Under the pieces are notes generated by a model. The model did not search any database. It was not told the DNA's origin and saw nothing but the letters and a program-made list of their open reading frames with translations. Below, in pieces: positions 41,669 to 50,353 of a stretch of 50,673 nt of DNA (the first letter of the stretch is position 1; every line of letters begins with the position of its first letter). This stretch comes from Negativibacillus sp. (GTDB taxonomy: Bacteria; Bacillota; Clostridia; Oscillospirales; Ruminococcaceae): the NCBI GenBank assembly GCA_045633085.1, contig JAZQXX010000010.1, positions 1-50,673 on the forward strand, written 5' to 3'. Made by a program: the position numbers and the translations under genes.

Positions 41669-42535
41669 ATGAAATCCAAAGTTTACTTCTCCAGAAGCAT
41701 CACTCCAGAAAAAGTCCTGGAACTCTACGAACTGCTGGGCAAAAAGCTGGAAGGCAAAGTAGCTATCAAACTGCATTCCGGTGAACCAGGCAACCAGAAC
41801 TTCCTGCGCCCTGATTTTTGGAAACCAGTGATCGACGCAGTAAGCGGTACCGTTGTTGAATGCAACACCGCTTACGAAGGCAGACGCAACACCACCGAAA
41901 AACATCTGAAAACCATCGAAGAACATGGCTGGAGCACCTACTTCCCATTCGATTTGCTGGATGCAGAAGGTCCTGACATGGAGCTGGAAATGCCAAACGG
42001 TAAGGTAATCAAAAAGAACTACGTTGGTAAAAACCTGAAAAACTACGATTCCATCCTGGTACTCTCCCACTTCAAAGGTCATCCAATGGGTGGTTTCGGC
42101 GGTGCACTGAAACAGCTGTCCATCGGTGTAGCTTCTTCCTTCGGTAAAGCATACATCCATGGTGCCGGCGAACCAGAAAAAATCTGGACCGCTGACCACG
42201 ATCTCTTCCTGGAATCCATGGCTGACGCTGCTGAATCCGTTGTAAAATACTTCGGCGAAAACGCAGTTTACATCAACGTTATGAAAAATATGTCCGTTGA
42301 CTGCGACTGCTGTGCAAAAGCAGAAGATCCATGCATGAAAGACATCGGTATCCTCATTTCCACTGACCCAATCGCTATCGACCAGGCTTGTCTGGATCTG
42401 GTTTACGCTTCCGAAGACCCAGGTAAAGGCCACCTGATCAAACGTATCGAAAGCCGCAACGGTATCCTCACCGTAGAAGCTGCTGCTGCTCTTGGCTACG
42501 GTTCCCGTGAATACGAACTGATCGAAGTAGAATAA
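41669..42535 (+). CDS. DUF362 domain-containing (Fe-S-associated) protein
   Basis: VAIKLHSGE.GN, SHFKGH..GFGGALKQLSIG, CDC, DPIAIDQAC. Confidence 0.85.
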   Translation: MKSKVYFSRSITPEKVLELYELLGKKLEGKVAIKLHSGEPGNQNFLRPDFWKPVIDAVSGTVVECNTAYEGRRNTTEKHLKTIEEHGWSTYFPFDLLDAEGPDMELEMPNGKVIKKNYVGKNLKNYDSILVLSHFKGHPMGGFGGALKQLSIGVASSFGKAYIHGAGEPEKIWTADHDLFLESMADAAESVVKYFGENAVYINVMKNMSVDCDCCAKAEDPCMKDIGILISTDPIAIDQACLDLVYASEDPGKGHLIKRIESRNGILTVEAAAALGYGSREYELIEVE

Positions 42536-42581
42536 TCCTTAAAAAGAAAAGCAACTGTGCAAAATTGCACACCCTCTTTTT

Positions 42582-42656
42582 TGGCACCCCCAGCGAGAAT
42601 CGAACTCACGACTAACCCTTAGGAGGGGTTTATTATATCCACTTAACTACGGAGGC
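42582..42656 (-). tRNA. tRNA-Arg, anticodon CCT
   Basis: GCCTCCGTAGTTAAGTGGATATAATAAACCCCT-CCT-AAGGGTTAGTCGTGAGTTCGATTCTCGCTGGGGGTGCCA folds as a cloverleaf with TTCGA loop and encoded CCA. Confidence 0.95.
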
Positions 42657-42669
42657 GAATGCCAAATTT

Positions 42670-42733
42670 ATTGTACACGGCACTTCTGTTTTTGTCAACT
42701 GACATTGTCCTTTTCTTTCTCCGGTGCTATACT
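42670..42733. promoter_or_regulatory. Divergent sigma-A promoters (tRNA-Arg on minus; fliB-like gene on plus)
   Basis: Minus TTGACA-17-TACAAT (42670-42698); plus TTGTCC-17-TATACT (42705-42733). Confidence 0.7.
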
Positions 42734-42765
42734 GGTGACATATCATCTTGATTCGGGAGGCTATC

Positions 42766-43851
42766 ATGAAACAATACCGACCAAGTTACTATAAAGATTT
42801 CCGCTGTATTGCATCAGCCTGCTCCGATAACTGCTGCATCGGCTGGGAAATCGATATCGATAAAAAAACAGATTCCTTCTACCGCAGTGTCGGCGGTGAC
42901 TTCGGCTGCCGTCTGCAGCAGAATATTCTCCGCGATGAAAACGGCAGTCAGTTTATTCTCAAAGGGGAACGCTGTCCGTTTCTTAATGAGCAAAACCTCT
43001 GCGATATTTACATCAATCTGGGAGAGCCTGCTCTCTGTGAGATCTGCACCCAGCATCCACGCTATCACGAGTGGTTCGGTGAGTACAAAGAAAGCGGTGT
43101 GGGGCTTTGCTGCGAAGCTGCAGGACGACTGATTTTCTCTCAGAAGGAATTGCCAAGCTATGAACTGGTAGATATCGACGAGGAAAATGGCGACTCCGTA
43201 GATGAAGAAGGCTATTCTGCGCTGTTTGCAGCCCGTGAAAAGGCTTTTGCTTTGGCAAAAGAACACGACTGGGCATCTCTGCTTATCCTCGGCGATGAAT
43301 TGCAGGAAGCACTGGAGTGGGAGGATTGGGAGGATATCCGTCAGCCGTCTATTGATCAAATCAACTTACCTGCCGCTGAAGAAAGTACTCTTATCCATGT
43401 TTTGGAACAGCTTCTGACCTTCCTTTCCGAACTGGAACCGATCGACCCGCAATGGACACAGCTTCTGCACCACATTCGCGAAAATCTGAAAGATATCCTT
43501 TCTGCTCTGCCGGAGTACAAAGTTGTCTATCCGAACTGGTCAAAGGATATGGATCAGCTGATCCATTACTTCCTCTACCGTTACTTCTGCAAGAGTCTGT
43601 TCGATGAGGATATTTACAGCAAAACGCTGCTGCCTCTTGTTGCCTGTGTTGTGGTAACCCTGCTGGACGCAGAAACATTTCGACGCAAAGGAAGCTTCAC
43701 TTTGGAGGACCGTATCTTCACCGCAAAGCAGTTCTCTAAGGAAATTGAATACTGCACCGAGAATCTGGATGCACTCTGTGAGGCTTTGTGGGACCCTAAC
43801 TTCCTTTCCATCACGGATTTGAAGGCCCTAATGACGTATATTTACGCATAA
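42766..43851 (+). CDS. FliB-family (flagellin lysine-N-methylase-like) Cys-rich protein
   Basis: YY..FRCIASACSDNCCIGWEI.ID, RCPFL...LC.I, LCEICTQHPR, GLCCEAA; GGAGG RBS before ATG 42766. Confidence 0.82.
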   Translation: MKQYRPSYYKDFRCIASACSDNCCIGWEIDIDKKTDSFYRSVGGDFGCRLQQNILRDENGSQFILKGERCPFLNEQNLCDIYINLGEPALCEICTQHPRYHEWFGEYKESGVGLCCEAAGRLIFSQKELPSYELVDIDEENGDSVDEEGYSALFAAREKAFALAKEHDWASLLILGDELQEALEWEDWEDIRQPSIDQINLPAAEESTLIHVLEQLLTFLSELEPIDPQWTQLLHHIRENLKDILSALPEYKVVYPNWSKDMDQLIHYFLYRYFCKSLFDEDIYSKTLLPLVACVVVTLLDAETFRRKGSFTLEDRIFTAKQFSKEIEYCTENLDALCEALWDPNFLSITDLKALMTYIYA

Positions 43852-44032
43852 ATCCAAAGAAAAATCAAAAAATTAATGGAAAAGCATTTCATTCTTCGCC
43901 AAAACGTGATATAGTTATTGGTATATTACCGGCGCCGCGGCTTCAGCTGGCGAATGATGCTCTTTGTTTCGGAAGAGCAGTCACGCGACCGGGCATCGTT
44001 TGATGCACACAATAACCAAAGGAGCGAGACAC

Positions 44033-44455
44033 TTGAAGCATGAAAAATCCTGTGGCGCTCTGGTTTATCGCAAACAAGGCGACAGAACCGAGCTGCTGCT
44101 CATCAAACACCGCTTTGGCGGTCACTGGTCTTTCCCTAAAGGCCATGTGGAACAGGGAGAAAATGAATTTCAGACTGCTCTGCGCGAAGTAAAGGAAGAA
44201 ACCGGTCTGGATATCGATATCCGCGAAAACTTCCGTCAGTGCGTGGAATACTTCCCAAAACCTCATGTGAAAAAACAGGTCGTTTATTTCCTCGGACATG
44301 CTCTGACTGAGGAAGTTCACCGTCAGGAAGAAGAAGTCAGCGAAACTACTTGGGCTGACATCGACGCTGCTTACCGTATGGTGACTTTCAAAAACGACAA
44401 AAACCTGATTCGCCGTGCACAGGATTACCTGAGAAAAGAAGCACAGCAATCTTAA
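44033..44455 (+). CDS. NUDIX hydrolase (Ap4A-hydrolase-like)
   Basis: Nudix box GHVEQGENEFQTALREVKEETGL preceded by WSFPK; AAGGAG RBS before TTG 44033. Confidence 0.9.
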   Translation: MKHEKSCGALVYRKQGDRTELLLIKHRFGGHWSFPKGHVEQGENEFQTALREVKEETGLDIDIRENFRQCVEYFPKPHVKKQVVYFLGHALTEEVHRQEEEVSETTWADIDAAYRMVTFKNDKNLIRRAQDYLRKEAQQS

Positions 44456-44467
44456 TCCCTGAAAAGC

Positions 44468-44496
44468 AAGGCTTCGGCATAACCGAAGCCTTTTTT
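44468..44496 (+). terminator. Intrinsic terminator
   Basis: AGGCTTCGG-cataa-CCGAAGCCT + T tract. Confidence 0.85.
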
Positions 44497-44609
44497 CACG
44501 GTTTTCTTTCAAATTTTTTCTTCACTGTTCGAATAAATTTAACAACTGCCGTGAAAAAATCTGCTATACTGTAGTCAACCTGAAACTTTCTTTGAATTGA
44601 GGGATCGCT

Positions 44610-45674
44610 ATGACTCGAAATCCTCGTAATCCAAGAGGACTTTCTTATAACAGTCCGCCGGATGCCGACAGTTATACCTACGTGGACGGACGCGGCTTTG
44701 CACCAACACCTCCGGTCATCACGGAGCGTCGTCTTCTCCAATGGTGTTCCAACGGCATCGGTTTTTCCATTCTGTTTTATATTATTTTTTCCTTCACTCT
44801 GCCGAACATGGTATTGGGGATTTTCCGAATTTTCAATCCGTATCTGCACGTGCACAGTGATGGAACCGTCTATTCTCCATTGATTACCGAAATCGTGGAA
44901 TTGGTTTCCGGCAATTTGGCGCTGCTGCTGCCATTCCTGCTGCTTGCTTTCGTTCACCGAGCACCGTTCCATGAAATGCTTCCATTCCGTGCGTTCCGTG
45001 CTTCCATCACTCTGCCATCTCTATTTATTGCACTGGCTGTCAGTGTCATCGGATATGCTGCATCCACAGCAATTTCTACTTTCCTATCCTTGTTTGGTGT
45101 CATACCTATCATGGCAGACTTCAGCTTCCCGGAAGAACCAGCTGCAGCTTTTCTCTTCCTGCTGAATGTTGCTGTACTTGCACCGCTTGCAGAAGAAATC
45201 GTATTTCGCGGAATCATTTTAAATATGCTGCGCCGCTTTGGTGACTGTTTCGCGCTGCTGATCAGTTCCCTGCTGTTTGCCTTTGTGCACATGAATCTTG
45301 TACAGATCCCAAACGCTTTCATCATGGGCTTGGTCATCGGTTACTTCACTCTCTGCACCGGCTCTCTTTGGACCGGCGTGTGCATCCATGTGCTGAACAA
45401 CAGCCTCGTTCTTCTGATGAACGGCGCTTTCAGTGGAATGAACGAACAGAATCAGCTCCTTGCCATGCTGTTGGTTTACGGACTGTATTTGATCCTCGGC
45501 ATCATCGCCTTGCTGCTGTTGTTGAAGAATCACCCAAATATGTTCCACTTCCGCCGCTCTTCTACGTTATCGACAGAGCGCAAGAAATACGGCACATTTT
45601 TCAGTGCTGTGACCATGCTCATTTGCCTGTTGGTACTGGGATTATTTACTGTAAGTAATATTGTTGCTATTTAA
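44610..45674 (+). CDS. CPBP (CAAX/Abi) family intramembrane metalloprotease
   Basis: Multi-TM; APLAEEIVFRG, FAFVH, IHVLNN motifs. Confidence 0.9.
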   Translation: MTRNPRNPRGLSYNSPPDADSYTYVDGRGFAPTPPVITERRLLQWCSNGIGFSILFYIIFSFTLPNMVLGIFRIFNPYLHVHSDGTVYSPLITEIVELVSGNLALLLPFLLLAFVHRAPFHEMLPFRAFRASITLPSLFIALAVSVIGYAASTAISTFLSLFGVIPIMADFSFPEEPAAAFLFLLNVAVLAPLAEEIVFRGIILNMLRRFGDCFALLISSLLFAFVHMNLVQIPNAFIMGLVIGYFTLCTGSLWTGVCIHVLNNSLVLLMNGAFSGMNEQNQLLAMLLVYGLYLILGIIALLLLLKNHPNMFHFRRSSTLSTERKKYGTFFSAVTMLICLLVLGLFTVSNIVAI

Positions 45675-45692
45675 TTCAATTTGGAGGTATTT

Positions 45693-46157
45693 ATGCCCTC
45701 TTATCTTCATCAAGACGAAGCTTTTATGCGTCTTGCCATTGAACAGGCACAGACGGCTGCTGCGTTGGGAGAAATTCCTGTGGGTGCTGTGGTCGTCAAA
45801 GATGGTCAGGTTATCGGCCGTGGCTATAACCGCCGCGAAGTCGACGCTTCTGCCATCGCTCATGCAGAAGTACTCGCCATTGAAGATGCATGCAAACATC
45901 TTGGTACTTGGCGTCTTACTGACTGTGAGCTGTATGTGACGCTGGAACCTTGCCCGATGTGTGCAGGTGCCATCATCAATTCCCGAATCCGCAGAGTGAT
46001 TTACGGAGCAAAAGATGAACGCGCAGGCTGCTGCGGTTCTGTGGCAGATTTCTTCGTAATGCCTTTCAACCACAACCCTTTGAGTCGTTCCGGGATTTTA
46101 GCAGACGAATGCAAACAGCTGCTTTTGGATTTCTTCTCCACCCTGAGAAACGAGTAA
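45693..46157 (+). CDS. tadA: tRNA adenosine(34) deaminase
   Basis: GEIPVGAV, AHAE, TLEPCPMCAGAI, FNH. Confidence 0.92.
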   Translation: MPSYLHQDEAFMRLAIEQAQTAAALGEIPVGAVVVKDGQVIGRGYNRREVDASAIAHAEVLAIEDACKHLGTWRLTDCELYVTLEPCPMCAGAIINSRIRRVIYGAKDERAGCCGSVADFFVMPFNHNPLSRSGILADECKQLLLDFFSTLRNE

Positions 46158-46291
46158 ATTCGAAAGGATCCCCCATGTTTTCACCGTTTTCCACCTATTT
46201 CTTCGTTGAAAACTTAGTTGAAACCGTGGAAAAATCAATATTGCAGCCGTAATTTACAGCTTGTATTGTTTTTTTGATCTACAACTTTTTG

Positions 46292-46319
46292 ACAGCCGCC
46301 TATTAAGGCGGCTGTTTTT
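46292..46319 (+). terminator. Intrinsic terminator after tadA
   Basis: ACAGCCGCCT-atta-AGGCGGCTGT + T tract. Confidence 0.8.
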
Positions 46320-46393
46320 CTGTTTTCTGTCAAAAAACTATTTTCCTATCCCTTGAATCTTGCTATAATAAGATTATTATCGTCAAAGGAGGA

Positions 46394-47107
46394 ATGGCTG
46401 TGGCAAGAACCGTAGTCTGCGTCACCGAAGCTTTTCAGAAACCAAAGGCACTCAGTGACCTCGTGATCTTTTCTGATTATCGACCTTATATCCCAGCCGG
46501 CGATTTATCGCCATATATGAAATATTGCAGTATGTATGCCCGCGAGCATAAAGTTTGGCTGGTTCCCCATCGTTTTATGATCGATAACCGACTCTTTCTT
46601 TGCCTCTTTGATCCAAATGGAACCATGGTCGGCTCTCAGGGATCGTTACATCGCCATCTCTCCTCTCAGAACAAATTAGACACCGATACTGCTCTTCATG
46701 TCGCTCAAACTCCAGTGGGAAATTTGTTCCTCTGTGTTGATACCGACATCTACTATCCGGAGGTTTTGCGTCTTGCCAAACTGAAAGGCGCGGATTTGGT
46801 CATTTCCTCTCAGTATATCAATGCCTACGATTTCAAACCGAAAAGAATCACTACCGGCATTTGGAATGCAGCTCAGCAGAACGGTTTGTATGTTGTCGGC
46901 TGCGGCAATGCGTTCTCTGCAGTTGCTGCTCCATGGGAACTCACTCCGGACAACACCGGTTTTCTGATTCAGCCGGAACACACACAGCATATGTTCTGTA
47001 AGCTCTACTTCAACAAATTGTCCCGTGCCTCTATGGGTGGAGATCTTGCTGAACAATTGAATCCAGAGTTGTGCAAACGCTACGCATCTATTCTCAGTCA
47101 GCGATAG
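46394..47107 (+). CDS. Divergent carbon-nitrogen hydrolase (nitrilase)-fold protein lacking the canonical triad
   Basis: LFDPNG, TPVG.L..VDTDIYYPEV.R....KGADLVI, WNAAQQNGLYVV match the fold; catalytic E/K/C positions appear substituted. Confidence 0.7.
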   Translation: MAVARTVVCVTEAFQKPKALSDLVIFSDYRPYIPAGDLSPYMKYCSMYAREHKVWLVPHRFMIDNRLFLCLFDPNGTMVGSQGSLHRHLSSQNKLDTDTALHVAQTPVGNLFLCVDTDIYYPEVLRLAKLKGADLVISSQYINAYDFKPKRITTGIWNAAQQNGLYVVGCGNAFSAVAAPWELTPDNTGFLIQPEHTQHMFCKLYFNKLSRASMGGDLAEQLNPELCKRYASILSQR

Positions 47108-47118
47108 GAGGATCCAAA

Positions 47119-48225
47119 ATGAAACAACTGAAATATCGCTCTGCTGCCTTTCTGCTTAACAGCAAGTTGGATCCCAGTGCCATTGAACGAATCTTCCGCA
47201 ATCGTCCAATGAAGCCTTCCGCTGAACTGAATTACGTCAACAAATCCAATATCAAGCTGGCTGTTGTGCAGATGGAACTGCGCCCATATCGTTCTCTCAG
47301 CGATTTTATCAGTCATCTGCAGGATATCGTAACCGAAGCACAGGAAAACGGTGCTCAACTGGTTTCTTTCCCGGAATATGTTGGCTTACTTCCGTTGATG
47401 ATCTCACCGTCGCTGCGTGAATTGGCCGAAGATTTCTTCGATGCTCTCCATGACAACAATATGGTCGAATGCCATGAGATCCTCAAGTTTTTCAATGAAC
47501 AGCTGTCTGAATCGCTGTTCAGCTGTTACTACAACACCTTTGCTTTGCTGGCAAACCGCAGCAAGCTGTACATCCATGCCGGTTCTACGCTGCTCTTTGA
47601 TCGCGGAAAACTGCATGAACGCTGCTTCCTCTTCGGTCCAGAAGGCGAGGTTGTCTTGGAGCAGGATAAATTGTTCCTGAATCCAGTCGAAAAAGCTTTG
47701 GGAATCTGCCCGGGGTCTGAGCTTGAACTCTGTGATACTCCTTTGGGCAGGATCGCCATTATTCCAGGAAACGATTCTTCCTTCTTTGAGCCAGCTAAAA
47801 TCGCTTATCAGCTGGGTGGACAGATCATTCTTTGTCCGGTAAATCCTGTGCAGCAGGACAATGATGTGGCAGAACGCTGCGGACCATGGATGCGCTGTCA
47901 GGAACAGGCTCTGTATGCTTTGGTTCCTCGTTTGATCGGCAGCTGGGATCATTTCCATTTCCTTGGAAAAGCAGCCATTTTTGCCCCATATGAGTCTACA
48001 CGTTCCAACAAAAACGGCATTGTTATTCAGAGTGCAGTAAATGACAAAGAAGCTGTCCTGTTCAGCCGTGTCAATTTGGATTACCTGGATCTCCCTGTGG
48101 ATCTTTATGCTTCTGACAGCAATCCGGACTTCTCCCGTCAGCTGGCAGCTGCCTATGCAGATTTCCCGGTACCGTTAGAGCATTTAGAACCAATCTCTCA
48201 GCAAGAGGATGACGACGGAAAGTAG
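47119..48225 (+). CDS. Carbon-nitrogen hydrolase (nitrilase)-fold protein with catalytic Cys apparently replaced
   Basis: LAVVQM, GAQLVSFPEY, FGPEG..QDKLFL, TPLGRIAIIPGND..FE; GGAGG RBS. Confidence 0.8.
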   Translation: MKQLKYRSAAFLLNSKLDPSAIERIFRNRPMKPSAELNYVNKSNIKLAVVQMELRPYRSLSDFISHLQDIVTEAQENGAQLVSFPEYVGLLPLMISPSLRELAEDFFDALHDNNMVECHEILKFFNEQLSESLFSCYYNTFALLANRSKLYIHAGSTLLFDRGKLHERCFLFGPEGEVVLEQDKLFLNPVEKALGICPGSELELCDTPLGRIAIIPGNDSSFFEPAKIAYQLGGQIILCPVNPVQQDNDVAERCGPWMRCQEQALYALVPRLIGSWDHFHFLGKAAIFAPYESTRSNKNGIVIQSAVNDKEAVLFSRVNLDYLDLPVDLYASDSNPDFSRQLAAAYADFPVPLEHLEPISQQEDDDGK

Positions 48226-48234
48226 TTTTTCTTA

Positions 48235-48263
48235 TTGACGCTGTCTAAGGGAAATGCTACACT
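48235..48263 (+). promoter_or_regulatory. Sigma-A promoter
   Basis: TTGACG-17 bp-TACACT with extended -10 TG. Confidence 0.65.
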
Positions 48264-48317
48264 TATTTTAAGAACTTTTGGACCTGCTTGGCAGGTTGCA
48301 AAGGAGGGTATTTTATC

Positions 48318-49208
48318 ATGAAGCTGATGGATTCCATCAAGCCATATTTGTCTTTGGCCATTGTAGCCCTGCTGACAGCTAATCTGCTGTCTACCATGAC
48401 GGTAAATCGTTCGATTGAACATAAACTGGATCAACTGATTCTTGCTCAGAACAATATGCAGAAGTCCGTAGAAGAAAACCAAAAACAAATCACTGCATTG
48501 AGCAGCGACTTACAGGGTGAATTGGAGCGTCAGGCCAGCCTGTTCTCTGAAAGCAATTCTATGGTCAGCTACTCTGCAGAAGGCCTGGTAGTCACCACCA
48601 AACTGACTCCAAAAGAGTTTAATACGGACAGCAAAATTACCGTGACCTGCACATCCAACGGAAAAACATTCTCCAAAGAAGCTGTACAGAATGGTTCCGA
48701 ATTTGAAGCTGTCTGCGTGATTCCTTTCTGCGAAACGGTAGATATCAGTGCTGCTATCACCACCGGTGAGGCAATCGAGCAGGAACCTCTGCCATCCATT
48801 CCATGTCAGACGATTCTCGCCTTCGACCTTTACTCCGAGTATGCTTACAGCGAAAATCTGCTGTACTTTACCGTTTCCAATCCACAGAGTTCCACTCTTT
48901 TGGAATCCATCAAATCCATGCACCTGTCCATTGTACGTGACGGTATTGCGATCGGTGCCGTCTATCCAACCAGTATCACATCCTCTGCCCTTCCGGATTC
49001 CATGCGAGGAACCAATCTTTGCTTAGCTTACACCGCTGATTTAAGCCCATATCTGAACTTAGAAGGTGACTTCCAAGTGATTCCGAAAATCCAGTCTACC
49101 ACTGAATTAAACTATGCCGAGCTTCCAATGTTCCAGTTCAGCACCACGGCTGAAGGTTTGGACAGCTATATGACTGGTGACAGCTGGTATCCGCCTATTT
49201 TCCATTAA
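48318..49208 (+). CDS. Hypothetical membrane-anchored protein with predicted coiled coil
   Basis: AGGAGG RBS; hydrophobic N-terminal helix then a heptad-like stretch (IEHKLDQL...LQGEL). Confidence 0.72.
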   Translation: MKLMDSIKPYLSLAIVALLTANLLSTMTVNRSIEHKLDQLILAQNNMQKSVEENQKQITALSSDLQGELERQASLFSESNSMVSYSAEGLVVTTKLTPKEFNTDSKITVTCTSNGKTFSKEAVQNGSEFEAVCVIPFCETVDISAAITTGEAIEQEPLPSIPCQTILAFDLYSEYAYSENLLYFTVSNPQSSTLLESIKSMHLSIVRDGIAIGAVYPTSITSSALPDSMRGTNLCLAYTADLSPYLNLEGDFQVIPKIQSTTELNYAELPMFQFSTTAEGLDSYMTGDSWYPPIFH

Positions 49209-49212
49209 TAAC

Positions 49213-49241
49213 AAAAAAGCCGATGCAATGCATCGGCTTTT
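49213..49241 (+). terminator. Intrinsic terminator
   Basis: AAAAGCCGATGCA/TGCATCGGCTTTT inverted repeat. Confidence 0.75.
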
Positions 49242-49259
49242 CCCTTAAGGAGGATCTAT

Positions 49260-49715
49260 ATGAACGTTTGTCTTCAGCCTTACACTTTGGAACGCTGCCA
49301 TGAATTTTGGAAAATCTACGAAGCTGACCCTGATATGATGGATGGCAGCTTCAGCTACAATGCTGACTGGGTAGAGCGTTATTTTCACGGAAAGTGCCAG
49401 GAAAGCAACCGTGTCTACTTCGCAGTTTGTGTCGGCGATGAGGTCATCGGTGAAGTACAGCTGAAATCCATTAACAAAGAGGATAAAAGTGCGGTACTCA
49501 GCATTCACCTTAACGCTGGAAAATACAAAAATCGCGGCTTCGGTACCGAAGCCGAACGTCAGATGATCGCTTATGGTTTCAACGAATTAGGACTGGAGAA
49601 AATCTACGCAGACTGTCTCCATCGAAACGAAAGAAGCCGACATATTTTGGATAAATTAGGCTTCCATCATCTGCGAAGCGATGACAGTTTTCACTACTTT
49701 GTTCTTGAAAAATAG
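49260..49715 (+). CDS. GNAT family N-acetyltransferase (RimJ/RimL-like)
   Basis: YKNRGFGTEA, NERSRHILDKLGF. Confidence 0.85.
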   Translation: MNVCLQPYTLERCHEFWKIYEADPDMMDGSFSYNADWVERYFHGKCQESNRVYFAVCVGDEVIGEVQLKSINKEDKSAVLSIHLNAGKYKNRGFGTEAERQMIAYGFNELGLEKIYADCLHRNERSRHILDKLGFHHLRSDDSFHYFVLEK

Positions 49716-49716
49716 C

Positions 49717-49747
49717 AAAAGCGTGTTCCTTCGGGAACACGCTTTTT
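49717..49747. terminator. Bidirectional intrinsic terminator
   Basis: AAAAGCGTGTTCC-ttcg-GGAACACGCTTTT. Confidence 0.85.
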
Positions 49748-50285
49748 ATTTTCTATACGCCAGAACAATTCGCTCCGCATTTTCTTCGGGAGAATCTGCA
49801 CCATTGAGCCTCAGCAGCGGACAGCCGACTGCTTCCGCCCAAGCCAAATGAGCCTGTCGGTTTGGACTGCCATCACTATTGTAGCGCGCAGAGCGTTCCA
49901 AGAAACTTTGATGCTCCTCATACATATCTCCGCCTTCAAGGATGCGTTCACCGAATTCTTCCAACTCTCTCTGATGTAGGCGCGCAAGACGCAATTCTGT
50001 ATCTGTATCCAGAAACACCATCAAATCAAAGAAAGGGTCGAAGGCTTCATGGAAACTGCTCATGGAACCTGCCATAACGAAGTGTTCGTCCTGTGAGATA
50101 TCCGCCATCAGTCGGCCGATTTTTTCTTCACGGCTATACATCAGTGTAAATGGAATTTCTGTATCTTTACGCCAAATGTAATCGTCCAAATCGAAGTACG
50201 GCCAATTCAGTTTTTGAGCCACTACTCTTCCCAGTGTGCTTTTGCCGGACCCTGATCCGCCAAAAATCATGATTCCTCTTGCCAT
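49746..50285 (-). CDS. P-loop nucleoside/nucleotide-kinase-like protein (AAA_17/18-like)
   Basis: Walker A GGSGSGKST, DLDD, R..RL..RE lid; AGGAGG RBS before ATG 50285. Confidence 0.8.
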   Translation of the reverse strand: MARGIMIFGGSGSGKSTLGRVVAQKLNWPYFDLDDYIWRKDTEIPFTLMYSREEKIGRLMADISQDEHFVMAGSMSSFHEAFDPFFDLMVFLDTDTELRLARLHQRELEEFGERILEGGDMYEEHQSFLERSARYNSDGSPNRQAHLAWAEAVGCPLLRLNGADSPEENAERIVLAYRK

Positions 50286-50303
50286 GACGCACCTCCTTTT
50301 CAT

Positions 50304-50338
50304 AAAAAAGAGCCCCTGCAAATGCAGGGGCTCAAAAA
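50304..50338 (-). terminator. Terminator after grdD
   Basis: GAGCCCCTGCA/TGCAGGGGCTC + T6 on the minus strand. Confidence 0.85.
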
Positions 50339-50353
50339 CATCAAGCAAGTTGA

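Noticed and set aside
42536-42656. tRNA-Arg as an integration site
   Set aside because: No integrase, no duplicated tRNA 3' end seen, and flanking genes look native
44610-45674. CPBP/Abi protease as a phage-defence or bacteriocin-immunity gene
   Set aside because: No bacteriocin or defence genes nearby; the family name alone is not evidence
46158-46390. SRP RNA or tRNA-Ser often found downstream of tadA in Firmicutes
   Set aside because: No SRP core motif or cloverleaf found in this interval
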